DNA of 60,736 bases, counting the filler, from Platydemus manokwari (taxonomy: Eukaryota): assembly GCA_037951405.1 (NCBI GenBank). It is 5 parts of 5 records of this genome, joined end to end, with 100 filler letters (N's around TTAATTAATTAA, not from the genome) between each part and the next. Parts side by side here need not be neighbours in the genome. Positions count along the whole stretch, not along the records: positions 1 to 13,999 come from JBBMOY011554744.1; 4 more parts are not named here. The stretch is one strand, 5' to 3'. The translations under genes and the position numbers were made by a program. This document shows, piece after piece, positions 1 to 13,999 of the stretch; the first letter of the stretch is position 1, and each line of letters begins with the position of its first letter. The notes under the pieces were generated by a model that was not told where the DNA came from, searched no databases, and was given only the letters and a program-made list of their open reading frames with translations.

Positions 1-2
1 GG

Positions 3-137
3 TATTCTGTTTTCAAGCATTCTAACTGCGTGGCCGATATGGTATCGTGGTGTGATAGGTATCAAAAATCAGCATCTACCATAAATCAGCAACTCAGGAG
101 AGAAGCGACAGCCAATGCTTATCGGCGAGACATTTAG
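3..137 (+). CDS. Possible terminal coding exon of a gene starting upstream of the window (YSVFKHSNCVADMVSWCDRYQKSASTINQQLRREATANAYRRDI*)
   Basis: Frame open from the window edge to TAG 135-137 and visibly more GC-rich than the flanks. Followed by AT-rich UTR-like sequence with AATAAA at about 195 and 314. No family recognised. Confidence 0.35.
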   Translation, partial: YSVFKHSNCVADMVSWCDRYQKSASTINQQLRREATANAYRRDI

Positions 138-223
138 ACTTGCTTAAATAGGATTATAAATCTGTCTTCATCAGACAGTTTTGTTTGTTATTTATAATAA
201 GTTCAACACCCACGTGAATGCAT

Positions 224-244
224 GTGTGGTGTGTGTGTGTGTGT
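224..244. repeat. (TG)n microsatellite
   Basis: tgtgtggtgtgtgtgtgtgtg seen directly. Confidence 0.85.
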
Positions 245-2609
245 ATTTTATATTACTTGAATTTCTTGTCCGTTTTTTAGTTTTCCATAAATGAACACAC
301 TTTTGGAAAGTACAATAAAATAAAAATTAAGATTTGTATATTATTACTAAAATAATTTAATAAATCAAAGCTGTTTCCAGTTAAAAGCGAGATAAAAGTT
401 AATTTTTTAGCTACTTGAGATTGAATTGCACTGTTAGAGATTGGAATTGGAATATTACGTGTTGTCAGAATTATAATGTAGACTGCTATAGTTAAAATTG
501 TTCAAAATATAAATGAGTTCTTATATGATTTCATATGTTTTTCCGATTCATATGATTGAGGTATTCTAATCTGTTTTATGTTTTCTTGCCTGCTATCTCA
601 TAATCAATTATGGATTACCTACATTATCAAATTTATGTTTTAATATTATTACGTGATATTATATGATTAACTTGTCTTGTTATTTTCATTTTTATAGGAT
701 TAATATTTACTTCGACGTCTTTTCACATGGTGTTGGTGTATTGGGTCAATAGAACTCCAGAGTACTGATAAGGCTCAGATATTGCCAAAAGTGTTAAAAA
801 CAAAAATGAAATTATAAAATAATAAAATTCTATAATAAAATTCTCTGTGTTGGCAATTTTCCTGTGATCTGAAAGAAAAAATTAAGCATATTTAATCTAT
901 ACCCTATATAACATTTTTTAAAGGTAGTTGACTCCGCCACGAGATTGATCTTTGAAACAAGACCGACGCGCTTGCTTGTGTTTCTTTTAGAATTTTTTAA
1001 GTTCACTTAGTTGATAAAATTATGGTGAATAAATTGAAATGAACAAACCATTCATGGGTAGTCCTTATTCTTTTTCCAGAGTTATCCTTTTACCTAAACT
1101 TCAGAGATGATTATCATATCACCCTATCTCCTTGATTTGTTTTAAAATCATCTTTACCCATTTGGCTGTTTTCTGTAATTCTCAATTCTGTTTCATTATT
1201 ACTCATAAAAGAATTCTTAATTAAGTATAAAAATGCGGTTTTCGCATTGTTTAGAGGTCGCTGTGAATTGTATCGGTTTAATACATCTATCAATAATAAC
1301 TACAAAGTACTTTCGCACTCAATTGAATCTTATTATGTCATATCGACCAAAATTTTATATAACTAATTTTCAAAGAATTTTTCACCAATCCGTATCATAT
1401 TATGGACATTGAATATTACAGTTGAATATTGCAATTCAAAATTGTGCTCAGATAGGTTAGTCAATGTTGAAATATTAATCAATTACAAATATCTTATTTT
1501 AGTCCAGTATATCTAAAATTGATACTTGGTATACGTAATACTTTATTCGAGTAAATCTCTTCTTATTTGGTTCATAAATGTTATGAGTTTGTCGCTTCCT
1601 GGTGTTTCGTTGTCTTATTATGCTGATATTGTTAAATAAATTTTATGGATATTATAATTATTATAAGAATATTTGTTTTATTAGGTTGCTTTATTAGTTT
1701 TAGCTTTGAACACTAGTTCTAGGGGGCTTCGAAAGCGGGTATTGATGACTACGTTATCAGTAATATTACTATTGACTTAGTTAATCTAAATGCTCCTAAA
1801 GCTAATTTCTCTATTACGAATTCAATAATAATTATTTAAACTCAATAATGAGAAGACTGATGCTTAGTGAAATCTATATGATTTATATTAATAATTATGA
1901 TATCGCAGCTATTTATACTGTGTTATGTGGATGATTTGTGTATGGATAATTTAGAATTTACAAGGTGTTAGATGGGAAGATCCCAAGAATATTAGTAGGT
2001 AAATTTTAGGTTGTCTCCTACGATTTTAACTTTTAGAGCCCTGTGTGCCACTGGAAGCTTACTGATGGTTGAGCCTAAATTTTCAGCAATCACTTTAAGT
2101 TTTAATCTGCGCTGGAGTTTATGAATTACTTATTGGTTGGACTGGATCCACGCCAAGAATTTATTAAAATTAAAAATTACAAAATATATTTTTACTATTA
2201 AAGATATGGAATTCATTATAAACGTTGACTTAGAAAAAGGATTAATTACTTAGAATTTTTCTGGATGAATTACACGAATTAGCTTCGTCATGAAAAATCG
2301 ATTGTAGTTAATGCAATGCTCGTCTATATTTTCAATTTCGTATTAGTCAAATATCTTATTTTTCTTCTCTTTTTTATGTAAAGTTAAATTCCAATTTATA
2401 CTCCTGAATATCGATTTATGCTTGAAATTAGCACATTTTTGAATTTTAAATGAATGGGTAGATTAATTAAAGGAAAATAAACAATTCAAATATTCACGAA
2501 AAGCATGGAAACAATCCTAGGAGGATTGATACACACAGATTCAACAAGCGCAAGTGCCAATGGCAAATAAGATTCTTCGAATAAATCAATCCATATTTAG
2601 AATTCAATA

Positions 2610-2900
2610 ATCGACTAGCATCACATCAATAATTATTACTAACATTAGTATTTTTGTTCATACCATCATATAAGATGCATATAATCGTTACTAGGATCAC
2701 TTTTATTAATATTAGTATCGTTTTTATTTACATAATCACCAGTATCAATATTACTGATGTTGGTAATGTCATCATCATTATCGTGGATTAATTGAGTATT
2801 AATGTCATTATTATTTTTTATTATCGTTATTCTTATTAATATAACTTTTATTACCACTGATATTATTATTAGGATTTTTTTGTCATGATCATTTATATTT
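2610..2900. repeat. Degenerate ATT/ATC low-complexity tract
   Basis: Trinucleotide-like AT-rich sequence. It explains the spurious N/D/I-rich ORF 2666-2857. Confidence 0.6.
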
Positions 2901-4477
2901 TTGTCGTTAAAATCACTGAAATAAAACGAACAAACTTACATTAAATTTTTCAGTCAGCACATTATTATAAATCATATCAAACGTTATTAATCAAATTCCG
3001 GAATATGTATTCTTGTTATCGGTTAGGGTTAGGTTATTTGTCACGAATTTTGGCAAGAGATTTTCAAGTCTGTTTTGAAGTATCAGTTTTGGTAATAACA
3101 GGTAATCCAGATTTACATCACTGAAATAATTGCGCAGAAAATAATGAAAAGTTACGATATTTCATTAAGTTAATAATGAAGGTAGTGGTAAATTTTCAAA
3201 AATTAATACCATAAAAGGCTGTCATTGCTGTGGTACTCTTTTCTGTAATATGTCGAAATATTTTGAAACAATATCTTTTGCTGATTGTTTACTTTTGCTA
3301 TATTGTTGCTATAATGGGCTTTTTAAAGACAAAGCAAACTGTTTTTCCTTAAGTCAAATTTATCAAAAATTATTGGCTGAATTTGATTTTCTTTTCCAAA
3401 TCTGCCGACAATTATCATAAAATTGGAATTAATCCAATAGAGACCAAAGTATAAACTGGTCAATTTAAACTAATTAAAAAAACGTAAATAAATAAACAAG
3501 TAGTTTTTTCTGAAAAGTATTAAAATGATTGTTGATATTAATATTAAAGTTAATTTTCGAAAATTATTAAAAATGTTGAGTCTACCAATTACTGACTTAA
3601 ATCAACAAGGGTATACGTTACGGAATTATTCCTATTTTCATTTTTTAACTCGTTAAAACAAATCATAATTTCTAATTTGAATATTTTATTTATTTATTTG
3701 ATAAGTAAAGATAATAACAAAATTTCTTTTTTTAAATTAACCAACTAGGGAAGGAATTCAATTATGGAACTCAATTATCTAAAATGCCACCGTCATTTTA
3801 ATCAACCAAATGATAAATAAACAAATTATTGTAGATAATTTTAAGTCAAAATTATTTATTTTTAATTGTAAAAACTTATATTAACATGAAATAGTAAAGG
3901 AATTATTTTTTTTATAAAAATTATGGCAATTTTAGTCTAAATTAAGTAGCCACGGGCTAAGTTTGTATATATTAACAGTATTAAACCCTGTAACCAGTGT
4001 AGTTGCAAGGGAGTAGTGTATCATATAGTAGAGGTATATTGTATTGGTTTTAGCAGTGAGCTAAACCGGTTAACAATAAAAAAAGTGTAGTGTGTTCTTG
4101 GCCAGAAGCAGTTTCTGAGCTAAAGTATTCAAGAGAAGTGCCGGGACCCAGTCCTCGATTTATTGACATAACTTTTTGTGACTTGTGATCCCTGTTGTTA
4201 TCGTTAGTGTAAACTGTTATAAATATGATTTTTTCCAAATATTTATTATTAATAATAATGATTTTATTTTATTTTTGACATTTATTATTAATTTTACTTG
4301 TTATTTTCTATTTTCATTAACTTTTATTATTAAACTTTTACTTTATATTTTAATACTTTGCTACTTATTGGGCCCTTTCAAAATTATTGTCTATTACTAG
4401 TACTCTATGAAATTGCTCTAAGCTCATACTATTGTTATTATAATTATTATCTATGAAATTAGAAAATTAACAAAATT

Positions 4478-4600
4478 ATGTCTTAGGATAAGACAAAGGG
4501 TTCTTTGGCCCAATTTTAATGTAATGAATTTTCGTAGATTATTTAATATTAAAATTTATTTATAATCATAATTTATTGAAATTTTAGAAATTCAATTTTA
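4478..4600 (+). repeat. Dispersed repeat family A, copy 1 (copy 2 at about 28240-28380)
   Basis: tgtcttaggataagacaaagggttctttggcccaattttaatgtaatgaattttcg aligns by eye with tggcttaagttaagaaaaatggtccattgacctactttcgttataatgaattttcg. Confidence 0.55.
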
Positions 4601-6299
4601 GATAAAAAGTAAAAATACATTTAAGTTATATTATCAAAACAAGTACAATTCAAAGTCTTGTAAAAATGTGTCATCTTATTGAAAGCAACACCGCATTCAT
4701 ATTGTTGCCTCCATAATTCTGCAGATGTATGAAATGAATAATTTCATTTTTATCCACTTCTGTGGTAGCCATCCCTCAACACCCTGTACCGTGCTTCTAT
4801 GTTCTAAGTCTAAATGTTTTGGTTATCTGGTTTTTATATCTTTCAAACAACCCAAAATCCAGGTCTTTAACGTACGCGATTATATTTGGCCCCACCAAAA
4901 TATGTCTTATCAATTTCCACGATAATATTTCTACTTCCAATTATTTTTCTGTGCCTCGGTATTTCTAAGTGATGGAATCTACAAATTTAAAACTTATTTT
5001 TATTTATTTATTAAATGTTGGTTTTTGGTGTTGGTGGTTTTGTTATTTGATATTCTAGCTTTCGTTTAGTGGTTGGTAATAAACGTTATTGGCACTATTT
5101 TAATATAATTTAACTGGTCCTAAAGGGGCTTCAACAACTAGTATTGAAGACCAAGCTGTTGGAAAATAAAGTTAATGTATTGATTTTTCAGATTGTGGCA
5201 CAGAGAATGCGTTGTCTCTCTGGGTCTGAAATAATATGAGATTGAAAATCTATTTGTAGTTAGTTCGATATATGAAGTTTACGATAATACAATAAACCGG
5301 TTACCCTTGCTATCGTTGGTATTAGTTAATAATTATTAATATGCTGTAATGATAACGCAACTTGGGTTTTCAAAATGTTTATTTAGGAAAATGAAAATAA
5401 CAATTAGTATAAAAAAACGAAAACAAAAATTGAGCAAAATATCTCGTACCTCGCCTCAGCTATTAACGAGTAATCCGGTGAAAGGACGGAGATTTTAGTG
5501 ATACGGAGAGAAGAGATTATTAATATATTGCATAGAGTTAATAAATTCAATTATTATTATGATATCCAAAATACAGCTTTTAAATTAAATTATTAGAGCA
5601 AATGAATATGATTGAAAACGTACTAAAGTAGAAAATTAACTCTTACTGTGTCTATGATAATAATTCGGCAAAATCCAATTCGCATAAAATCACAGGAAAA
5701 ACTGTTGATTCGTCCGATGTCTTAGATCATTTTAATTGATCTAAATAATTAATGGCAGTTGAGCTTTTTTATGCTAAGCTACCGACGATTCATTTAATAA
5801 TAAATGACAGTTGAGCCTACAGTCTATTCTCGCGATCAGCTGCCGACATTATTTTCAGTTTAGTCAATCAACTACTGGCAGCTGTCTATATCCAACATAT
5901 TAAAAATTATTACCATTTTGTGATTATTGGCTTGCTTACAGAGGTCATTTGATAAAAATCTCTTTGTTTGACCCCCGTGCACCACAAATAACTTAGATTC
6001 AAGATGTCGAAAAGAGACAAGGAAGAACTATTGAACCAAGTCCCTATTCAAATTCCAAAACTTCTTTTGCATTTGTAGCATCTATACCTAAATGATTTAC
6101 TTTATTTGGATGAAATCTTCATTGCATTGCCGCATCGATAGATCTTGTATCTACGTATATAATCTATTAAATAAACATTTATGTACTTATTTTGATTTAA
6201 AATATAATTACCTAATTCCTAGAACATTTGAATAATCCCATGTCACTTTTTTATAAAATAAATTAAAAAATTATGTATGTCGTTCCAGTTGCATCTAAT

Positions 6300-6530
6300 A
6301 TTAAAAAGGGGTCTTCCTTAATTTTAAATAAATGCAATTTGACCTAATTTGGTCCAATTTAAAATAATCATTTTTCAATAGATTTTAAAGCTACAGTGTA
6401 CATAATATTTGATTTCAAACAACTAAAATCCTTCTTAAGTATTTACATAAAAATTTCAAAATGTTTTCAAAGAATGTAATTGAATAAACTATATATAGAT
6501 TTTTGCAATGCACTTCGCAAATTAAAAATT
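6300..6530 (+). repeat. Dispersed repeat family B, copy 1 (copy 2 at about 31437-31650)
   Basis: Shared collinear blocks aaaaagg(g)gtct...tgcaatt(t/c)gaccta...caaacaactaaaa...ttcaaaatgttt...aaactatata...ttttgca.t.cactt.gcaaatt. Confidence 0.65.
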
Positions 6531-7789
6531 TTATTTTAGGAATTCTTTTTAACTATAACCAAAATGATTATTTTTATTGTTATTATTAATATATAAATTA
6601 TTTTTGTACCACTATTGTTATTATATTTTAATCCCATTTTTGTAATAATATAAAAATCTTACTACGATTTTAAGCTATCAGTTAGAATAATATGACAGGG
6701 ACTAAATGTACAGCACGAATTACTAAAGTGAACATTGAAATTAGAATTAATGCGAAGAATTTATTTTTGTTGTTTTAGAAAACTTATGAATCTAATCGAG
6801 GGTCCTAGTGTGTTATACATGGTATTGAACCCAAGCATCATATATATGTTGGAATTTTTGTAATAAATGAAGTTGAATTAAAATTTTGGTGTTATACGAA
6901 TACGTATAATAATATTTATGATGAAGCTTGCGATTTTATTTCCAAACAGAATCTGTTCCTCTTTCTGAAGTATTCGAAATTTATTTTAATAATAATTAAA
7001 ATATAAATAGTCGAGGAAACTATAAAATTTCATGAAAAATATTATTAACAATAAATATTAAATAAAACAATTTGAATGAAAATACTTTTTAATATAAATT
7101 TATAGACACTACATATGTACAGTTAAATATTGTTGACGGTTAGGCTCTTCAGTAAAAGGATTCAAGTGTGCCCAACTAGGTGGTGAGACACCTCGTTATA
7201 AAAAAAATAAAGTAGGAGATATTAAGTTGCAACCTTAGAGATTTTTAAACAACTGCACAGCTATCGAAATATCGATAAATTCTTCTGATAATTCTAATTT
7301 GACAATAAGGCTTAATGTTACAATAAAAGTAATTTAGAACTTCGACAATTCAATTAATTTTGAGCTCGTGAAATAAAGTGCTAACTGACTGAATTTGTAA
7401 TAATTTTGTAGGTCGCTTGCCTCATTTGTGTGTATTATTTTAGGTCACTTCTGTTGCTAATTTTAGCAACTCTTAAGACGTCAAACCTAAATTTCACAAC
7501 ATCCTGCTTAATTGAGCTACACTACTTTTATTAATGATGTAGTTACTAAAAGTAGGGTTTTTAAATTATTTTTTATTTGACCTTGTCTATTGCCTTTATG
7601 ATCTTAGGGTCGCTTAAATTAAAAGAATTTGTTGTGGTAAAGCGAATTTGTTTTATTTATTTTTAAAACAATTTTTTATGTAAAAATTTATAAAATTTAA
7701 TTTTTTATTTTATTAATTTATTTTATTTTATTTATTGAAGATATTGCACTGGCTATTAGTGAATTGCGATTGTGTCAATTGGTTGGTTA

Positions 7790-10700
7790 TGTTCAACCTC
7801 TATTGGTGGTTTCACTAGGCTTCTTAAATGGTTCTGCTAATTTTGGGACAATTTCTGTTTCTACTATTATTGATTTTTCTACATTCTGACAAGTTATAGA
7901 TTCTCCTGACGAAAAGTGGTCTTCAATTTGTAGGCAAATGCCTCGAATTTCGTCGGCCGTCTATGTGGATTTTAGTTCATGAAACTTTCCGATTATATAA
8001 TTTGATAACACTTTTCTTAGGATTTTGGAGAAATTCAGTTGAATGGCTTGTAGTAAGCCGTAAATTTCCAAACACTTAGCTCTTGCAAGGTTTCTAATAC
8101 CGAGAAGACGCAGTGACGGGATTTTCAATGTTTCTAAAATGTCTGTAGCATTATATCCAATTAAAATATTTTTTGAATACTTATTGATTTACTTGTTTTA
8201 TACAAAACATTTCATCCCATTGATTAATAATATCCGTTTCTGAAACCTGATCGTTTCCTTCATTTTGCCAATGGCGTATATAGTTTTTTGGACTCACTCC
8301 AAAATTTGTAATGACTTTCTCCTGATAATTTTGAATGGTCATAGCGACTACAGACGATTGTACTTTTCGATACTATATGGTTCTGTCGCTATGGTTCTGA
8401 TTACTATAAATAGGAGTCCTTTTTCTTATTTCTTGTCCCATTTCGGCTCAAATAAATGATAGATATTTTTGATGTCAACTGTTTGGTCGATTGTCGTAAT
8501 CCTCGAGATGTGTACTGATGATGTTTAAAATGTCACCGTAACCCATTACTAGTATTGTGGGTACTTGCGGATATTCAATATGCCCATGATATAAACATGT
8601 ACCGCACTGTTGTATATCTACGACTGTATCTAATCTCATTGGTTCAAGCACGTTTGCAATGTAAGCCTTTGCGTGCCTATCCGTGATGTGTAGATGTGTT
8701 TGTTCTCTTGTATGTGAACTTCAGGTGTTTGATAAATGTTTACTAATAGTAGGTTTGCCGGATTCGTCAATATAAATAATCGGTTGATATCCGCTTTCCG
8801 TCCTTTATAATGGACGGCAGTAAAACGTTATCGTTTTCTTCCTCATATTTGGCGGAATTCGCTAGGGATAGTGGGTCTGCATTTCCATTTCTTTTAGCTC
8901 TTCTGCAACGAATTTTTATATTGTTTTGTTGGGACTTGAGCGCCCATCGAATCAATCGAGATGCTGCATCGCGATGTTATAGGTGCCACTAAAGTGGTCT
9001 ATGATCGGTTAGCACATGTAACTCTGGACAGAAGATAAAAGATCGAAACCACTCTATTGCATGGACTATTGCCAACGCTTCCCATTCGATAACGGAATAA
9101 TTTTTTTTATAACTTTAAAGGCATCTAATCACATATGTTATGGCATATTCGTTCCCATAATTGTCTACATGGCCCAGAACTTTCCCAATGGCGTTACTGT
9201 TTGTATCCGTCATATCGATGAAGAGTTTATTCAACTCCAGCGATCTGATAATGGGTTCTGCGATGAGACTATGAATATCCCCATAGGAAGGGTTTATTTT
9301 ACTGTAATTATTCACTTAGTGACATAGCTATAGCTGCACAATTGCGTATAAACCCTTATAATAGTTCGCTAATTCGAGGAACTCTCAAATTTTTTTGCTT
9401 GTTTTGGGCCTGGGATTCAACTGAACCTTGACAAAGTATGTTCGATCCGGTTTGACACCTTGTCTTGATATAATGAGTCCTAAGTATTTAATTTCCTTTT
9501 TCGCTCGATTGCATTTGGTAGGTTTCAACTTCACACATTGCAATGCACAAGCTGAGTGCCATACTGGTTTGTTTCATAAACGCAACATTTGGTTCAAATT
9601 TGAAACTAATGGTTATGATAGAGGTAATCCATCTTATTTTTTAGATAACTCGAAATTTTAATATCTTTTAAATTAATGTTGGTAGAGTCTCTGACTACCT
9701 TTTGGCTCAAATAAATTCCTTTGTAATTCGTATCATACATCAGTGCTATGCATTTGTCTCTGGATGCCTCCCGATTAATCAAATTCCATCAGATCTCTGC
9801 GCAACCATTAATACGACTGGAGTAAGTCTCTCTTTGCTGGACTATTCTTCTGGCTAGGTTTGTTAATCTTGCCGGATAGTATTCATGGATGGTATTTGAA
9901 TATTAACTAAACAGATCAGTGCTTATTACCTTAGTGTTTCCCTGCTTAATGGACTCTCTATGATGAGGTAAACCAGCGAAATCTAGTTCCTTCAATACAA
10001 AAGCTTCTGGTTCCTGTTTCATTATGGGTGTGTCGGTATACAAACATTTTGTAATTGGCTGTGCTGTGACCATATTATTTCCGTCGTCGCTGACCCAATG
10101 GGTAGCTGAAAGACCTATAGTCATTATGTATCGTTAATTGAGTTAACGTCGGCACTAGGCGCGAATTTTCGCTTCTGTGTACTCGTATTAGAATTTTTGT
10201 AGATGTGGCCACCCTCTGCAGGCTGCTTGTCTGTCTGCTTAAAATGCTTGGTGGGAGGGTTTTTGAGCCTGTTCATTATTTATTTGGTTTGCTGCACTAC
10301 TGGACATACTCGGTTTACATGGCCAGATTGACCACATCCGAAGCACTTTATTTTATCATTTAAGTTGACTTCATCGCGTTTTATTGTAGGATATTGAGAC
10401 AATCGGCAAATGATTGCCAGATGACTTATTTTCCGCAATGATCACATTGTATGTTTTTGGTGTTGCAATAGGCCGTTTTGAAGTTATCTCTTCCATATTT
10501 TTGAAACTTAATACGATTGCCGTGAACGTCGATTGAGGCTTGACAATCTCTAGTTGCATGATCTTGGATTTTTTGAATGCTTCCTATTGTCCTCTTTGCT
10601 TGCTTTATTAATCTCATTGTTTTTGCTGTTTTTCCAATTTTATTGTTGATTTCAGTCATCGTTATTGTTTTGGTTCCCATCTTTACTATTATTCTCATGA

Positions 10701-11150
10701 TTTGGATATTATTATTCGCAATTGCCTTGGTAATTTCCACCAATCTGGCTTTCTTCGAAGTTATATTCCTTGAAATCCTTTAAATTATGAAGGGTATCCA
10801 CTGCCCAATGCGTTATATCTTTTTAACATTTTATTATATAACATTAATTAGTGGGAAAATCCAACCATATGTTCTCCAGGAAGTTTCTTTCTATTTTGAA
10901 ATCTAAATAACCATTGGATATCTTTTTCACATGACTTGAATCCATACTTTTTTCAATTGATGTTTTCAAGTTTTTTAATTCGATATAATAACCATATGCT
11001 TGAATCCAAATAAGACCTAATAACAATCAATTATCTTGAATCCATATATTTCTCAATTAACCTAATGACAACAATCTTGAATGGCAACTTTGATGTTGCC
11101 GTGACAATATCTCGCTCTTTATGTACTTATTTCCACCATACACATAATTT
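7790..11150 (-). mobile_element. Degenerate Ty3/Gypsy LTR retrotransposon internal region (gag-pol relic)
   Basis: Minus-strand Gag CCHC knuckle CFGCGQSGHVNRVCP (about 10300-10345). RT end KEIKYLGLIISRQGVKPD (about 9445-9500). RNase H: TDTNSNAIGKVLG, NYSVIEWEALAIVHAIEWFR, LTDHRPL, RLIRWALKSQQNNIKIR..GNADPLS (8870-9220). Order gag-RT-RH fits Gypsy. Many stops and frameshifts; boundaries approximate. Confidence 0.88.
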
Positions 11151-11889
11151 CTATCAGCATCAAAACAAAAAGTCGCAAATTAAAATGTTAAGATCGATAT
11201 TGTTGTCATAATTAATCATTAAGGTGTAAACAAATTTCTTTTAGTATTTGGTTGGCTTATCATGATGCCGCGACCATTAGAATTGAAGAGATTCCTTTTG
11301 TTTGGTTAAATAATTGGAATAATAGAATAATATTTACTTTTGACTAATAAGTGTAGAGAGAAAACTGTTTTTTTCAATTTTATCTCTTTCCAAAATTAAA
11401 ATTTGCTATTTGCACTGTGTTCTTTTAAATATTTTTGACGCCTTTTAGATCTGAATAATGTCAGGTCAACTAAGTTGTCAACACGATCAAGTGCTCTCGG
11501 GTGCTTTGATAGGCATTTTTATAGAAATCGCATGTGTTTAATAAATTAGGTGTTATTTATTTGTTCCTTCCTATCTGTATTTCTTTTCTCAATTTGACAA
11601 AGCAAAGGAGTTATATACAACTGCATTATTTTCATAATCGAATGTTGAGCACAATGATTTCTCTCTCTAATTAACAGTACACATGTCTCAATTGAATTTG
11701 ATCAATGAAACAAATTAAAAATGACATAAACCCTTTATGTAAAAGTTATCCAGTATCAGAATCTGCGCTTTGATTTAAATTATTATTGTGGAGATTTCGT
11801 ATCTCGAGGATTGAGCGACTTTAAGCAACCTGACTCCAAAGGATTGCGGATACTAGCACTTCTACTAGCACTTATATAGCACTTATGAC

Positions 11890-12520
11890 AATTAAAGAAT
11901 AAAACAAAAACACAACGTATATAATAATGTTTATTGAGTTATATAACAAATATACAAGATGAATAACTTGTTAAAAATACACGATCAGCGTACGAGCTGA
12001 AAATAATAATTTACAAGAGCTTCTAGAAGAGCAGTTTCGATACCTATCCCTAAAGATGATGGGTATTGTCCTGCCGCCTAATAGCCCGGACACAGACTCA
12101 GACGAGATAAAAGTTATGACAGAGAAGAGTTATAGTAACTGACAACCACGTGAATGGATTGCAGATATAACTATGGAATAGTTAAATGAAAGCATAATTT
12201 TACTCATGATAAATTTTGCGTTCCAAATCGCTTCAGATTACTCGTGTGATTGATTAACTGTACTACTGATTCTACTGATTTTGGTATCGGTATTTATACT
12301 AATTTTAGACAAAGCACTTATCTGGACAAAGCGTATTTGTTTAATTTTCGCTCTTAACGTCTTTATATTTTCTAAAATGAGCTTTGTTTTCTCTTTGTTT
12401 TGTTTGTCTTTACTTAGCTAGATTCGAATGACTTTGTGTTTGCATAGCTCAAATTTCTTTATTGGTTGTCTTGTTTATTCTTACTTACAATTTCTTTATT
12501 TGTCTTTGTTTGCGTTTACT
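11890..12520 (-). mobile_element. LTR-like segment, possibly the 5' LTR of the Gypsy relic
   Basis: Minus strand shows CCAAT (about 12460), TATAAATA (about 12297) and AATAAA (about 11933) in U3-R-U5 order upstream of gag. No second LTR copy, PBS or TSD identified. Confidence 0.35.
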
Positions 12521-13019
12521 GAATTCAAATAAATCGATTTAGAGAAAGATTTTTTATTATAAGGAATTTTATTTGTTATTAATTGAAATTTAATTTTTTT
12601 TATATTTTATACTATAATTGTATTTACAATCCAATTATATATAATCCCTAACATTATATCTCTATTAAAAAGAAATAAGAAATTCAATTTTAGAGTGTTT
12701 GGCTTTAAAAGGAACCGTAAATTTAATTTTATTACAGATAATTGAAACGTTCTGCTACAGTACGGTCTTTTAAAATTCCGGAATTTTATATTTTCATTTA
12801 TATGCCTTTTTAAAATCATTGGCATGAAGAATAAGTTTAATTGAAAAGTTATTTATTAGGAAAGCATTCTACCTGACAAATTTGGTGAAATAAAATCACC
12901 AATAAATGCACATATCTATTTGTATGAAAGCAAAGGAAACCAATAATTTTTATAGAAAACAATTCTTTCCGTTTAAAGACGTACGTGCTAGTGTACTTTT
13001 GATGGAAAAAACCAATATT

Positions 13020-13999
13020 TATTCACAAACAATGTAAATCCTAAAAGTCATACAAGAATGACTTAAAATTTAGAGTCCGTTTCGAGGATTGGCCCCTAAT
13101 ATCACAGAGTCCGCTATTTGCAAAGTTTCTTGATGTCTTGGTGTTCTTGTTGTTCCGAGCATGTTTAGTTTTGACAAAGTCCATTTCTACAAAATTAAAC
13201 CCAAAAAACAAAATACAAGTCCGAAACTATGACTCCGAAAAGATAATAGTCCGAAGTTACAGTTCCGAACTCGCAAGCCCGAACTCATAAGTCTGAAATT
13301 AGATGTTTTGATAAAGTCCGTTTCTACAAAATTCAACCCAAAAAAATATAAGTCCTAAAGAACAAGTCCGAACTCACAAGTCCGAAACCATAACTCCGAA
13401 AAGATAAAAGTCTGAGGTTACAGCTCCGAACCCGCAAGTCCGAAATCATAATTCTGAAATTATATGTTCATAAAAATTTTAAAGACCAAAAAATACAAGT
13501 TCCAAAAATAACAATGTACAAAGATTAAAAATTTATAAGTCCAAAAAGTCAAAGTCAGATAAAAAAATAAGTAAAGTCCGATTAAAAGTTATTGAGCATC
13601 ATCGTCCTCCCCCTCACTTGCCGAAAAAGATAAGTCCGGATGGAATTTACTTGCTCTTGGTATATTGGCATTTCTCTTACCCGTGTGGAACTGCCATTGG
13701 AGGAACGATGAGCTAATATTAGACTTAATACATTTAATTGCCAGTTTGTTGATTAGTTGTTGACTCAACCCGAGTTTTCTTAATATTTAATCATTGGTCT
13801 TAACCCAAGTGCCCAATTCTCCAACTATAAAAGTATATAATTCCACCGTGAATTTGGGAAATTTAGATTTTATATAATTACGTAATTGGTCATATTTTGA
13901 TAGATTTTTCTTATCTGTTTCTTCGATTAACTTAGGTTCATCCATTGGGCACTTGATATCAATGAGCATAATTGTTGATTTACGCTCATTGATCATTTG
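13020..13999 (-). mobile_element. 3' end of an REL-endonuclease non-LTR retrotransposon (R2/NeSL-like), cut by the gap
   Basis: Minus frame IMLIDIKCP..KKNLSKYDQL..FIVGELGTW, one in-frame TAA, then ILRKLGL...SSFLQWQFHTG...EGEDDDAQ* (stop 13589-13591). These match the D-x-K, K..KY..L, G.LG.W and W..H motifs of restriction-like endonuclease domains. 3' UTR with AATAAA near 13020. Confidence 0.85.
13168..13580. repeat. Hierarchical tandem repeat: (A)AGTCCGAA-cored 13-15 nt subunits inside two 140-165 nt higher-order units
   Basis: Units start gttttga(c/t)aaagtcc(a/g)tttctacaaaatt at about 13168 and 13306, each with repeated tccgaa/tctgaa cores. Confidence 0.85.

Noticed and set aside
5436-5497. 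Hammerhead-ribozyme-like look (taacgag..tccggtgaaaggacg)
   Set aside because: Lacks the required CUGANGA and GAAA core in the correct positions; better explained as an imperfect inverted repeat
10426-10783. Overlapping ORFs 10426-10743 (-) and hydrophobic 10577-10783 (+)
   Set aside because: Off-frame and antisense readings of the Asn/Gln-rich low-complexity Gag region of the Gypsy relic
12070-12115. Twister-ribozyme-like words (ctgccg..agcccgga); a similar look occurs at 4139-4165
   Set aside because: The P4 pairing is broken and there are no pseudoknot partners or terminal GAGGG. A covariance-model search would be needed to rescue it.
13168-13460. Repeat array as a possible CRISPR
   Set aside because: Eukaryotic context, very short repeats without unique spacers, no cas genes
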